This document shows, one piece after another, positions 25,231 through 38,887 of a DNA stretch of 64,000 nt (its first letter is position 1; every line of letters begins with the position of its first letter). Source of the stretch: Chromera velia (taxonomy: Eukaryota); assembly GCA_018398765.1 (NCBI GenBank), contig JAHBMJ010000179.1, positions 1 through 64,000 on the forward strand, given 5' to 3'. A model generated the notes under the pieces. The model saw only the letters and a list, made by a program, of their open reading frames with translations, was not told the origin of the DNA and ran no database searches. The translations under genes were made by a program, and so were the position numbers.

Positions 25231-26744
25231 TTGACCGCTTCTTGGAGGCGAATTGCCGCCCTAGGGCCGGGGCCTGTCGCCTCTCTGTCTTCTCCAGGAT
25301 GCAGGACGAGCTTTTGCGAATGGACTCCGGCTGGCACTGAATATATATGTGTTCTTCGATCCAGTCAAATCTTCCGCCCTTTTGCCGATGCTGTCGGGCA
25401 TGGATCCTCTGCGTTGTCTTTCAGGTTGGCTCCTTTTTCTTTCAGCTCCACTCTCAAGCATCAGCCCCCCCTCACTCTTTCCTGGTGATGCAGGAGGAGA
25501 AGCGGGCTCCATCGGGCCTGCGCTGCTTCGCCTCTGCTGAGATGGGTGGACAAGAGGCTGGTCTGCCATCAGTCCCTCACTGTCTTCTATCAGAGACTGT
25601 CAGAACCAACAAAACGAGGACAGACCAGAGGATAGATGTGAGCACTAACAGTGCAAGAAAGGCCGGAGGATAGATGTGAGCACTAACAGTGCGAGACAAC
25701 GAAGCTGAAACAAACTTAAGAAGACAAGCAGATCAGACGTAACGTCGTGACGGAATTCGTTACAGCACAAAAGAGCTATGACCCAATGAGGCAATGAGTT
25801 TAATATGCATACAGAACAAAACTTTGATTCATGTATATATATATAATCGTATATACGCAAATGTATATATATATATATATATATATACGTGAATCTGCAA
25901 TTATGTTTGTCTCGTACGCCTACATGCGTGCATGCATTTTATTCTGCTTTTAGCGCTCGGAATGCGCGCGCTTCAGACCTTTGGATCGCGAGTGAGGCGG
26001 CGGGATACCTAAGAATTTGAGCTGCCGGCCATGCAGCGCTGCATGAACTTCGCACAGACCCCCTATATCCCCCTATCCCGATGACTCATCGATTCCCTCA
26101 CCCAGCTTCCTTATTTTTCTGGCCTTCTTTGATAGCAGCATACGCTACAGAATCTCCGCTGTCCGTCCTGAGGTCATCCAGAGCTGCAGTTGTGCTTCAC
26201 TATTGTTAGATGCCTGCTGTCTCTTTCTATTCTCTCAAGCTTTCCCCCGATTCTCTGTCAGTGAGCACTCTCTCAGCTAGTGCAGTCAGAGGGTGAGTGA
26301 CTGGAGTGTCGCGATGAAGGCTTGATTGATATTGACGCTCGCGCAAAGATGCCTACCGGTACGTGGGGACACAATTCCGATGAACAACAGTTTAACAACT
26401 TGTCTGTTTCAATGGCCAATGCCTTCTGGTATGTAGAGCTTCGATGCACAAGCTGGCCGTCAAGCTGTCTGTTCGCTCTGCAAGCTGTGCATGTATGTGT
26501 AGATTTCCCCTTTGAATTCTCGCTTTCTTGGCGTTTCAATTTTCTGCTGCCTTGTGTCCTTCGTGTCGTCGATGCGCTACAGTAACAATCCATCCTGAGG
26601 CCGCTATGTGGGCCGGCGAGGGCTTGAGCTTCTGGCTGCTCATCAAATGAATGAATAACACAGGTGCACTTTTCTCTGGTCTCTCCCTCCATTGTGTTCT
26701 TCTTGATTGCCCCCCGTCCCTGCTGCCCCCTTTTGTGGTTGCAG

Positions 26745-27894
26745 AGCTCCTTCGATCGGAGACTTTTGTCTCGGCTTCCATTCTCGGCCTGTCCGAGAAG
26801 GGTCCCTTTCCGAATCGGCAGTCCGAGATTCAGAAGGCCTACAAGGGAAAGGCTTTCCACCTCTATCCAGGTAAGGAAGGGGTCTTTCTCAGTGCCTGTC
26901 TGACAGTGTGTATGCTCTTGTCAATTGGTGCATCTGGCAGCATCCTTTTTTGTTCGACTGGTTCATTGGTTGCTTGGTTTATTGATGGGTTAGCACAGCC
27001 TAGATCGAGCTTTGAGGTCCCGGCTACCACTAGTTCCTTCACCATTGTGATCATTCAGAAGTGCACAGTGAAATGCCGATTTCAAATTGACTGTTGCGGT
27101 TCCGACGGTGAGGTGGCAGCTTAATTATTGGTTCAATGCGCTGGCCTGCCAGTGGGGTGACGTGGAATTTCAAACGCCCTCTTTCGTAGCTTCTTCTCAA
27201 CGATTACCATGGTTGGCAATTGAGTTTGTACACACATCCCCGCCCGCGTGTGTGTTCGTGTGCTTCTGCTTTCGTTCAGACAAGAACCTGGGCAGGGAGG
27301 CAGAGGCAAATGAGGAGTTCAAAAAGCTTGGTGCAGCAAAGGATTACCTCCAAAAGAAGGGTCAGTCGGCCTACCTCTTCTTCCTACCTACGTGGCTCCT
27401 CCGACTCTCTCTCCTGTTTTTGACCTTGCCGCCTGCCTGCCTCCCTGCCTCCCTGCGTGCCCGCCCGTTTCCCTGCCTGCCTGTCTTCTCAGCTGCCTTG
27501 ATGGCTGCTTCGTTTCTCCCCTCTACAACTTCATCTTCTATCTTGTGTTGTCCCTGTCTGAATACATGCAGCCAATATGCCCATTCGGAAGACAGCTCGC
27601 CAACCCCCGCCCCAATCCCAATCCCAACACCAGCAGCAACAGAAGCAGCAAGTGCACCAGAAGCCACGGCAACCCACCGAGCCGCCAGGGCGACCGGAGA
27701 GTCAGGCAGAGCGGTTTGCCCGATGGGAGAGAGAGGAAAGAGAGGCCGGCGGGTTCTGGCCGTATTTCTGGGTCCACACTTGCAGAGTTATGAGGGCAGC
27801 AGGACACAGAGTTTGCGAAGTGGGAGGTTGGCTTGGAAAGATTGTCCGGGAAGGGGGGACGTGGGTGCTTGAGCTGTTCCGTCGAAGCAACTAG
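26745..27894 (+). CDS. J-domain (DnaJ-like) protein with YPD in place of HPD; 5' end unresolved, possibly a pseudogene
   Basis: Spliced ILGLSEKG...SEIQKAYKGKAFHLYP|DKNLGREAEANEEFKKLGAAKDYL; donors at 26871 and 27361 keep frame into a Gln/Pro-rich last exon. Confidence 0.7.
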
Positions 27895-29119
27895 GCAGGG
27901 TGAGGGAGGGGGGAACCTCGTTACGGGTGCATGGTACAGCGACCCCTTTTAGCCGGAGGCTCAGCAGCTATGGCTGCATGATGGGAAGAAGGAAGGGCAA
28001 AGAAAGACAACTAGGATCCCCCCGTCAGTTGATTGCGTCACACTCCTGACCGTGCGTGGATCCCTGCCGAGAACGAGCCGGCCGTTGAACAAGCGTTCGT
28101 TCGAATACCCAAGCACCCGCTGAATTCCCACCCCCTGACATCCACTCTTCCCTCCCTGCACTCATGAATTCTTGAAGAAAAGACAACGAGCGAGCGACCG
28201 TTCACGTCCGACCTCTGCCAATTTGCTGTGTGAAAATGTCTCCCTCTAGCACTGCCACAGGTCCGCCCACATGCATGCACCCCCTGGGTGAGATGGAGAC
28301 TCTTCATCCCCCCCTTCCTCTCTCCCTCTCTGCATGCTGAGACAGCATGTGATGGACACTCACTGCGGATAGAGTGAGCATTCCACGATTTGCAACCCCT
28401 GGCGGCGGCGCCCCTCAGCCGCCCGCCGGGTTCGAGAGGCGCCGGCGGCCACATCAGATGGAAGAATCCCGCCTCCGCAGACCTTCCGCTCTCGGCCTGT
28501 GCCGGAACTCCCCCGTCGGACTCCCCACCCCTGACCTTCCCCACCAATGAGCCCCCCCCGGGCTCTGCCCTGTCCCCTCTACCCCTCTAGGACCTTCCTC
28601 CTCTTCGATCGTCAAGAAGAAAAAGAAGACTGCGAAGGGGGAGAAGGGGAGATCACCTGCACGCACAACGCTCCTCCAACGGACCGGGGGGGGTTCCTCG
28701 TAGGCACAGGAGCCGGGGGGGGACGTGCTCATCATTATCATCAGCAGCAGCAGCACTGGCAGGATGAGAGAGAGCTCTTCAGAGCACCGATTCGGGCATT
28801 GGCGTCCCACCAGAAGGCTAGACCAGAAAGGGTCCTCGGATGTCCTCGGGAATTCACCGCGGAATTTTTATCGGCCGGAAAGTGTGCGGCCCGCGAGAGG
28901 GAGGAAGGGTTGAAGGGCACAGTCGAAAGGGGGGAATCGGGTGCGAGCGGATGAATGGTTGAACAAGAACCTCAGAAAACATGTGAAATACGAGCTGGCG
29001 CTTTGTATGCCTCGTTCGATACCTCTGCGCTCCAATCCTTGCTTACTTCTTTCTTGCTCTTTGGAATCTGCCTATCTGACTAACTGACTGACTCCCTCTT
29101 CTGCCTGCTCTCCTGCCTG

Positions 29120-29600
29120 TAGTCTGCCTTCATTCGTTCTTTGTTTGTTTGTTTGTTTCTCTTTTCTGTGTGGACTTGCTCGTAGGTTGAGGCTTCTTCG
29201 GTGTCCCTACCTGCAGTCTGTCTTCATTCGTTCTTTGTTTGTTTCTCTTTTTTGTGTGGACTTGCTCGTAGGTTGAGGCTTCTTCGGTATCCCTACCTGC
29301 AATCTGCCTTCATTCGTTCTTTGTTTGTTTCTCTTTTTTGTGTGGACTTGCTCGTAGGTTGAGGCTTCTTCGGTATCCCTACCTGCAGTCTGCCTTCATT
29401 TGTTCTTTGTTTGTTTCTCTTTTTTGTGTGGACTTGCTCGTAGGTTGAGGCTTCTTCGGTATCCCTACCTGCAGTCTGCCTTCATTCGTTCTTTGTTTGT
29501 TTGTTTTTCTTTTTGTGTGGACTTGCTCGTAGGTTGAGGCTTCTTCGGTATCCCTACCTGCAGTCTGCCTTCATTCGTTCTTTGTTTGTTTGTTTTTCTT
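29120..29600. repeat. Tandem repeat, about 86-bp unit, about 5.4 copies
   Basis: GGACTTGCTCGTAGGTTGAGGCTTCTTCGGTATCCCTACCTGCAGTCT recurs with few substitutions at 29172, 29258, 29344, 29430 and 29519. Confidence 0.95.
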
Positions 29601-29643
29601 TGGGTGTGTATGTGTGTGTGTGTGTGTGTCTGTGTGTGTGTAT

Positions 29644-29679
<36 letters not shown>

Positions 29680-30604
29680 CTTGCCTTCCTTCCTTCCTTC
29701 CTTCCTTCCTTCCTTGCTGCTTGCTTGCTTCCTTCCTTCCTAACTACTTTTGAACTGACTTCTTTCCGAGCGCATTCAACAAGACCCGGTCACGGTATCA
29801 ACTTGAGTGAGTGACAAGTTGAGTCACTTTAGTGACTGAAGACGCATTCACCGCCACGCACTCCGTTCCCATGCAGCTGTCTTTTCAGAATTGATTCGAC
29901 AGACGCCTTCGATCGATCGATTGTCAAAGGTCGACTCCCTCTTTGAAGCCCTCATGCAGACTCTCTTCAAAGACTCTAGCTCTCTTGAATCGAGCTCATG
30001 GCTCAAGGTGAGTCGAAGGCTCAATTGATTGAAGCCCTCGATCTGAACGTCGTCGGGGGTGTCATTGATCGATCGAGCAGGGAGGGGACAGGACAATGAG
30101 TCATTAGGGGGGGTGGGGGGGGGGGCACAGTCTGCATGCATGAGGGCGGTTTGACACAGACACACATGCACTCGATTGATCATACCGAGGGAGGTAGAAA
30201 GAAGATGATCGACGCATGCGTGGTTTAGAAGGGTTAATCGGCGTGAAAAACGTATTCAATCCAGACTATTACTAAGTAAGAGAAAAATTAACTATCCTAT
30301 CCGGTTTCTTATCCTAGTAATCATCTAAGTAATGTATGCTACATATAGTGCAGTATATTCTATTAAAACGTTGTCAAGATCTGTGGCACTGTTTAGGCTG
30401 CCACATGTTTGCACATTGGAAAAGTGACCTATATATATAGATAAAAATATATTTTTATATTTTTCAGATTAAAAATATAATGTATAAGAATATATTAGAA
30501 TATATGGTATACAGATCACGCCTAAAGTATAATCGATGCATTTAATAAGGATTCTATTTAGAAAAAACGTGTTCAATAACAGTTTTGAGTGTCAGGGGAG
30601 TACC

Positions 30605-33600
30605 TTACCCTAGCCAGGGTCCCGCGCGACCACCATTAGCAGGCTCTGTCGAAGCGCTGCCAGTGCTAGGTGGCCTACTTAAAGGTTCCTCGAGCTCAAA
30701 TGGGCTCTCTGAATCCCATGACTTGCGATGACACACATTTACGTCCACACCACCATTGCTTCTTGCCTTCTCCTCTTCCTCATCCCCTCTCGTCCTTTCT
30801 GAAGCTGTATGGTTTTCTCTGCACCCCCTGCGAGTCTGCTGTACACCGTCACTTTGGATCTTTTCGGACCTACCCAGAAGACCGGACTCAATACCGAGGA
30901 AGGAACCTGCCTTCTCCAAGTCAGTCAGGGGCGGAGCTCTGCTCCCCTCCAGACGGCCGTTGCTGCTATGAGCCTCCTTCACTGCCTCCACAATTTCACT
31001 CTCATGACCAGTCGTGAGTGACTCTGCCAAGGATCCAGACACCTCCCTCGCAGGGCTCCGCATCTCCTGTCTAAGAGCCTCCTCCCACTCTCTCTCCCGA
31101 AAGACGAAAACGAGGAACCCCAAGAGAATGCACCCGATCCCACAAAACGCCTGCCAGGAGACCGCATAACCGTTCACGACCCAGTCCAGGAGAATGCTGG
31201 CAGGGAGGACCAGCAGGTTTCCAACGTTCATGAAAGTCGGAGAAGCAAACAAAAGCCCCGAGTACAGAAACAAAACGAAAAAAGAGTCGTAGCAGGCATT
31301 CGTCACCATGATCCACACCTGAGCTCCGGTGGGAAGAATCAGCGGAGACACCCCGGACACATGGAGAACCACGCACGCGAGCATCACGGCAGGCATGGGC
31401 ATCACTCCATACAGAAGAGCATACCTGCACGCAGCAATTTGGAGGAATCAAAGCTTGTCCAACCAAGCAGGCAGCCCACGACGCGATGCATGCACCTCTT
31501 GACGGTCCAGCGTGGGTGGAGGGCTTTCAACGCAACTAGCAACAGTACCGATAGGGCCAGTCAGGTGTACAGAAACAAACGAAGGGAAGAGAAAAGGAAA
31601 CAAGAGAGGACCTTCGGGACAGGCAGCCTGGTGCAGACACACTGCTGGGTCAGGTTCGTTCTTCCTTTGTGGGTGTGGAAAGATTGGTTTGATGGGCAGG
31701 TTGTTTCTGTCCGCTCTGCCTTTCATGTCTTCTCTTTTCTCTTCTTTTCCTGCATGCGCATGTGTTCTCTCTCGTGGAGTGCTTTTGATGACCAACATAC
31801 CTCAGTCCGTTTGCAAGCGGCACGTTGTCTGTGGGTGAGCTTGCGTACTTGACCCTGATAATCTGGTTGGTTGCGTACCCAATCACGTTCACTGCATGCA
31901 ATCATGGAGGAAGACAAAGAGAGAGAAAAAGGGACAAGGAAAAGTCAAAGACAAAGACAAAAAATGGAAAGACGTTGGTTGAAAAGGGAGGAGACAAAAG
32001 ACAGAAAAAAGACGCAGAGGTAGGGCAAAGTAGAGACAGACAGAGGTAGAGAGAGGTACAGAGAGAATCGGCGAAACTCTCTCGGGAAAGCTACACACAA
32101 ATCAACCAGATCGCATACTGCAGTCAGTCAGACTGCACGCAGGAAAGGCACCAACGTTTCTGCAACATAAGATGCGAACCAACTCTGATTTGCAGAGACA
32201 ATACTGAGTGAGGTGGACCCGAAAATCAGAGACGGCTTCAAAGGGCTCAACAAGCGAGCACTATTTCCACGCCTTCCAAGTAGACGCCAAGGCACATGCA
32301 ACAGACCTAATCGAGCCCTCCCTCTTCCTCCTGCTTCTTCCTACACGTCCCAGCCCAGCCACCAACCTGTCACAAGAAGGTAGCCAACGAAGCTGTCCTT
32401 CCCGCCCCCCGAGTCACCCCCTTCCCCCTTTGGGTTCCCCCCCCACAGAGAAACAAGAACCACACCTCCGACAGTGACGGCAACCGCCAGACCCCTCCAC
32501 AAGTCCGGCCGCTCCCCGAGAAACACCAGAGACATCAGATACACAAACGCAGGGGACGACTGCTCGACGGCAGTGTTAGCGCTGGCGCTGGTGATAGTCA
32601 GCGTGTAGTACCTGCATCCATGCATGCATGCAGGGCCGTATTTATGGAATAAGTTCATTCAGACATGCTGTCGAGGAGGACGAAGCAGTGATAAAGCATA
32701 AATGGAGTCGAAGGCTTCGAACTTCTGAGACAGAATGTGCCTCCATTATGTTGTATAAGGACCTTTTCTGCTTCTTTGTCTCCAGCTTCGTGTCTCCAGC
32801 TTCGTGGCTTGGCCCGGATCAGCTTGGTGTCTCTCTCTGCTTCAGCAAAGCCAGCTGGTAACCATGCGTGGGCGTGTCCCCCCCCGTAGCAAATGACTGA
32901 CCGTGTACACGCAAAAATGTCAGCCTCTCTTTGTGCCACATAGGTCTTCTGCGCAGCCTGCAAAGGCAGTTCTTTCTTCCTTGAGAACATACAGCGCCTG
33001 CCTATCTCTTGTCAAGAAGGTTTCTTGGCCACCTCTTGTTTCTACTTCTCTCCTTCGATCTGCTTTCCTTCGCTCTCCTCCTTTCTTCTTTCCTTCCCTC
33101 CTGCTTTTCTTTTTTCCTTCCTTCCTTTCTCTCTCTCGCTCTCGGTTCGTTTATGCTGGCGCATTAGTGTGAACATGTCCTCTTCCTTCGTGATACACTG
33201 CTCTTCAGACTGTTCCCTCGGTAGTTTTTGTCGGATGGTCGGAGAGACGACACAATGCGCCTGCTTGCACTGCCTGACTGACCAGAGCCAAGTAGAGAAC
33301 TGCGATATGGTGCCGCTGAAGAAGGCGACACGAGCCAGATACCCCCAAGGAAGACCACCCAGGTACGCAGGATTGCACAGAGACGGCCCCCCTCCCCTAT
33401 ATTTGGAGACAAAGCGCCACGTCAACCAGAGGGGAAAGAAAATCACTCCTACCACACAAGACCCGACCAGTCTGAACACCCCCAGGTTTGGATAGGAAGC
33501 AGCCATGTCCGACCCAAACTTGATCATGCACAGCCACATGCACACGCATCCTGCTACAGAAAGGAGGGCGCATCCCTGCCGGAAGAGAAAAAGGGACGAT

Positions 33601-33705
33601 CGCATTCGACGCCAGCACAATGTCAACAGACCAGGTAAGAGACGGGAAACGAAAATAAATTCAGCTATGGGGGATCCGTACACTCTGCATTGCTCCGACT
33701 CCCAT
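30605..33705 (-). CDS. Drug/metabolite transporter superfamily (EamA/SLC35F-like) membrane protein, multi-exon; start uncertain
   Basis: Exons YYTLTITSASANTAVEQSSPAFVYLMSLVFLGE..LAVAVTVGGVVLVS and SPTFMNVGNLLVLPASILLDW..FCGIGCILLGF are typical DMT helices. Confidence 0.85.
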
Positions 33706-34214
33706 CACGAAAAATCAGCTTATCAACAAGAACGAGAGCATCAGGCAAGACGATGTCCAGTGATCCGTTAAGTTGTTGGAGACCGCATCTGACACAGCTC
33801 ATTCGGCAGCGGGAGCTGGAAACGGGATGACTGCATGGTGGAGGAGGGCGATGGAGGGCCGGCGTCTCCCGATGTGCATGCATGTCGGCCCGTGGCCCCC
33901 CCCACGGGCCGCCCGCAAGTGTTGACATGTGAGGCATGATGAGGAAACACTGAAGAGTACGTCACTCTACGTCTCCCATAATCTTCTGGCTCTTTCTCTC
34001 TCACTACGGACATTCGGGCAGTCAACAAGTTAACGTCTTTCAGTCCTTAAATGACGGAATGAATTGCGCGCTCTTTGCTTTCGGAGACGGGTGGGGTGCA
34101 CGGATACGAAGACAGACTGAGCGGAGACGGCAATTTCCTTCTGCATTGATTTAGAAAGTCGCGTTCTTTTTAGCCTCGCGTTTCCAGTCCCTTTCAAGCC
34201 TTTCTCCAGGGGGG

Positions 34215-37200
34215 ATGGTGAAGTCTTACTTGCGCTACCAGTTTGCGGGTGACGCAGGTGTGATTTGCTCTCCTGAGTGCAATACGATCTTTCACCACGA
34301 CCCCCGCTTCGTCCTCTGCGGTCGGTCGGTTGGTTGTTTCCTCTCTCCCTCTGTCTCTCTTCCGACTAACACGAAATTAACAAGGAGCCAACGAAGTTTT
34401 TCCAGTCATCTTTTGTGTCTCCAACTTCGTTCCGTTCCACTGGTCCTGCCTGTCTGACCCCCCCCCTGCAGGGACGAACGAGTCAGTCACAGTATGGGAC
34501 GCTCGGAAGGCCAGCGTGGAGGCCAAGTTCCTCGTCCAGACTCCCCCCAACGCACCCGCATTCACCTTCCCGGTCCGTTTACTTCATTTTCAACCAAGTG
34601 AGGGGCCCTTTGCTTGGTTGGCTGCCCCCCTTTGACGCGTCCCTTGTCCTCTCCCTTGTCCTCTCCTTCCTTTTCAGAACGGCGTTTGGTGTTTTGACAG
34701 AGCAGTGCGATTTCTCGGCCTCCCCCAATTCCATGCCAAGTCATTCCTTTGTTTGCAGACGAGAAGCAATCTTTGAGCAAATCTCTTTGATCCATCTTCT
34801 CAGCCCGCACAGTTTTATGTGTGCAAGCTCGCTCGCAGGTGACTTGCATGGCTCGTCACCCCACTCGGGAGGGTGTGTTTGCTGTGGGGTACTCAGACGG
34901 GTCGGTGAGGCTGTGGACTGCCGCGTTGGTGAAGAGCCGCGCGCTTGGAGGAGAGAAGAGCTTCGAGGGAGAAAACGCAGAGTATGGCCTGGGGGCTTCC
35001 GTGAAAACGGCACAGTGCGTGTTGACTCTCCACGGACACAAATCCGCAGTGACAGCTTTGGACTTCAGGTCTGTCCACTGTCATTCATTCGCATGGATCA
35101 AAGCTTCCTCCGTCTGTTGTAATGCTTTCTTTTCTGCCGCCCATATCCTTTTGCCTTTCTTTCTCTCTTGGTGCCCCCCTCCCTCTCTGTGTTTGTGTGT
35201 GAGCGCGCGCGAGCGCACGCGCGCGTGCGTGCATGCATGTGTGGCCTGCTGTGTTCTCTCCCCTCTCCTCGTTTTTCGTCATTTTGTCTTTCTCTTTTAC
35301 TTGTGCAGTCCAGACGGATCTCTCCTTGCCTCAGGGGGGCAGGACACAGACGTTGTCGTGTGGGACACTGTGGCGGAGTCAGGGCTGTACAGGCTGAGGG
35401 GACACAGGGGACCCGTGACAGCAGTCCGATTCTTCTCTAAGACCCCGGCCAATGGGGGGGTGGGGGGGGGACAACAAGAAGGGGAGGCAAAGGTCTGTTT
35501 GCACAAGCAAGGCGAAGTAGACAGGGGAACCCTGTTCTTGCTTCAGTGTCTCCCCTTCCTCCGTCTTCTATGTTTGTTCATCTTCTGGAGCTCCTTTTTC
35601 GCGCTTTTCCTTGGGGTCCTTCTGCATGCTTGCTTGCCAGCAAAGAAATGACGCAACTCCTTTGCATATGTGCATGTAGAGAGAGAGTGGAGTAGAGGCC
35701 ATTTTGATTGACTGTCTGTACTGATTTCTGCATGGGCCCTTGTCGATGAATTTTTCCTCCGTACTGCAGGGAGCAAAAGCCAAAAGACGCGGAGCGGAAG
35801 GAGGGTCAGGCAGCTCGGCGGGCAGTGCGGCTGCTGCCTCTTCCTCAGCACTTGGCGGTTCCCCTTTCATTGTAAGTGCCTCGAAGGACGGAACAGTGAA
35901 GTTGTGGGAGTGCAAGGCTCAGTGGTGTGTCCAGACGCTGACTGAGCACAGAGGGGAGGTGTGGGCAGTTGCGGTAACTCCCCAGATGGATCGACTGGTG
36001 ACAGGGGCTGCGGACGGCTTCCTGCGTCTGTACGCGATTCGCTTTCCTTCAACATCCACAGGGGCTAATGGGGTCGCTTCGGCAGGGAAGAGCGCGCGTG
36101 TGAAAGTGAAGAAAGAGACTGAGGAGGACGAAGAATCTGGGGAAGATGTGGAGATGGAGAATGGAGGGAGGGGGGCTGATCTGGAGGATTCGGATGATGA
36201 GGACGAGAACGAAAACGACCATGCGCACTTTCTTGGTTTCGTTCCTCGAGAGAATGGCCGAACAGACAGAGTGACATCGTTGCTCTTTGTCCCGTCTGGT
36301 TCCGGTCACCCCAATTCTTCTTCTTCTTCTTCTTCTGCCCCGTCTCTGCTGCTGTGCCATGGCCCTTCTCGTCTCGTTGAGATCTTCAGAGTGTTTGATT
36401 CTGCAGAAAGGGAGAAGCGTAGAAAAAGAAGGGAGAGAAGGCAGAAGGAAAAGGCGGCAAAGCGACAAAAGAAAAAACAGGAAATGGAAGAGGCCGGTTT
36501 GACAGCAGGGGATTCCCTTATGAGTGACATATGGGATGACGGAGAGGAAGGAGGAGGAGAGGAGGGAATGGAAGGTCCTGTCGGATTCGACAAGGGGACC
36601 GATGAGGCAGTTCTTGAGATGGCAGCTCATGTGTGTGTCTCGGCATCCGGCCGCATTCGTTCCCTTGACATGCACGCCCCCCGGGGGGGGATTGTCCTTG
36701 GCGGCTTGCTTGAGAGTGATTCAGTGGGGCCCTCCTTCCATTTGGCGGTGGCTCTTGAGAACAACCAGCTGGAAATTCGGAGAGGAAGGGAGGCAAGGAT
36801 CGTGCATTTCAAAAAAGACAAGGTCAGACAGCCACCTCTTTTCCTTAACTTCCCCTCCTTCAGACAGAGAGGGAAGGAGAAGGGGGTAGAGAGACCTCGC
36901 GAGTGCGAGGCAGAGAAAAGAAAACCACCGTGGCGCCCGGTGCCTTTTGGACGTTTTCATTTTATCTGCGTGCATTCTTTTGCCAGCTGTTGCGCAACAA
37001 AGTGCGTTTGTTTCCTTTACAATGCAGCAGCAGTCGTTTGTCCCTGCGCCCTTTGAGTCACCGTTTCGGGACCCGTCTTCGGTATGGGCTGATTGATGGC
37101 TTCGCGGCTGCATGTTCCCTCTCACCGTACTCGCAGGAAAAGGATAAGGAGAAGACAAAAGAAGAGGAGGAAGATGAAGAGGACGAGGATGAGGAAGGGG

Positions 37201-38840
37201 ACTCTCTCCTTCCTGTGACTGCTGCTGTGGAAAGTGAGGGCCACAGGGGGCCTGTGCGGTCTCTGTCTCTGTCCTCGGAGGACTCCATGTGCCTCTCTGT
37301 GGCAAATGAGGTCAGTGAGTGAGTGGGTGCGTCGGCGTGGCTTCATTGTCTTCTGCTTGTCGTCTGGTCTGCTCAGGTTTACTGAAGGTATTCAGTGTGG
37401 CTGCCCTGTGTTCTCTCTCTCTCGCTCTCTCCCTCTCTCTTATTGACTACTCGGCCGCTCGCTCGGAAGTGACAGCGACCATATTGGCGCTTTGAACTGT
37501 CTCCCTTCTTGCAGAGTGTGAAGGTGTGGAACACCCGTTCCCTCCGCTGTATTCGGAGTGTCCCCCTGGATGGGGGCGTGTGCGGGTTCATGGTGGCTGG
37601 AAACGAGCATGCGTTGGTGGGCACGAAGGACGGAAGGCTGGTGGTGGTGGATCTTGCAGCTGCCGAGGTCCCGCTGTCTGTGTCTGCAGGGGAGACGGGG
37701 GAGGGGTCCGGAGGAAAGGGCAAGAAGGGCAAGGCAGGGAAGACGAAAGGGGGAGACGAGGGAGCAACAGTGGAAGCCCATGGGGGGAAGGCGGTGGCTG
37801 CAGTCGCAGTCTGCCCGGATCTTGCAAGGTGTGTGGGGGGGCGATTATTCTGACTGTCTCTTGAAATTGTCGCTCTCATCCTTTCTTTCTTTTTTTGTTT
37901 GTGTCATCTTCCTGAATTCCTTCCTTCTTTTGTACCCCTTCATTCGTTTGGTGAAAGCTGATCGAGGATGAGGACGAAATGAAATTAAGAGATTGTTTGC
38001 GGTCGTCCTAGACGGGCATCTGTTGACAGACAAACTTTTGGATCTTACATTGCGGAGAAATAGGGCGCCTTGCTCATTTGCGTCCTGTTTTTTTTGTAGG
38101 GACAGCTGACAGTGAGCAGAAGAATACATGAAATTGCCGTCTTGTCCACATCTGTTCGCTGGCTGTCTTTGAGCGAACTTTTTCTCTGCGTGTTATCATT
38201 GGTCTGTCAGAGAGAGAAATTCGAGAGACGTTCGAGGAGGGAACACTTTTGTTTGCGTTTGCTCTGCTGCATGCACTCCCTCCTCGACTGTTCCCTGCAT
38301 GCCCCCCATTTTGTTGTTTTGCGATCGCATCAACTTACCTGCGTGCAGTTTTGCCTCAATTGGCGGAGACAAATATCTCCGGTTCTTCAAGTTTGTGCTC
38401 GTGCGGGGGGGAGAGGGGGGGGAAGGAGGGGGTGATGCGGGAGGGGGGAAAGAAGTGCTCTGTATCCGTCCGCAAAGGGAACTTGAGCTGGCGGCAGAAC
38501 CCCTGAACTTGGCTGTCAGTCCGAATCTCTCTCTGTGCTCTCTGCGAGCTGATCTTCGTTTGTCCAGGACAAAAAAGGTCGAATTCTATGTCTTTGTTAA
38601 AACTTTCCTGTCGTTTTATTTTATTTTTGGAGGCACTCTCTTTTGATCACAAAACAGGGGCTCTGAGGTCGATCTCCCCCCTCGTCATACACACCCACTC
38701 TCTCTCTCTCCCTCTCTGATGGCACAAAATCCGTTTCCTTGACACGACACGAAGATGCACTCCTCTCCTGCCTGGTCCTGCCTGCAGCTTTCCTTCTTTC
38801 TACGCTTATGCATGCATTTACTCCTGTCTGCCCCTGCCTT

Positions 38841-38887
<47 letters not shown>

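Noticed and set aside
24768..25337. Long SL/RE-repeat ORFs
   Set aside because: Translations of the (GA)n microsatellite
25627..25695. 27-bp direct duplication GAGGATAGATGTGAGCACTAACAGTGC
   Set aside because: Only two copies; ordinary local duplication
29120..29600. CRISPR array
   Set aside because: Units are near-identical throughout with no unique spacers; no cas genes; eukaryotic context
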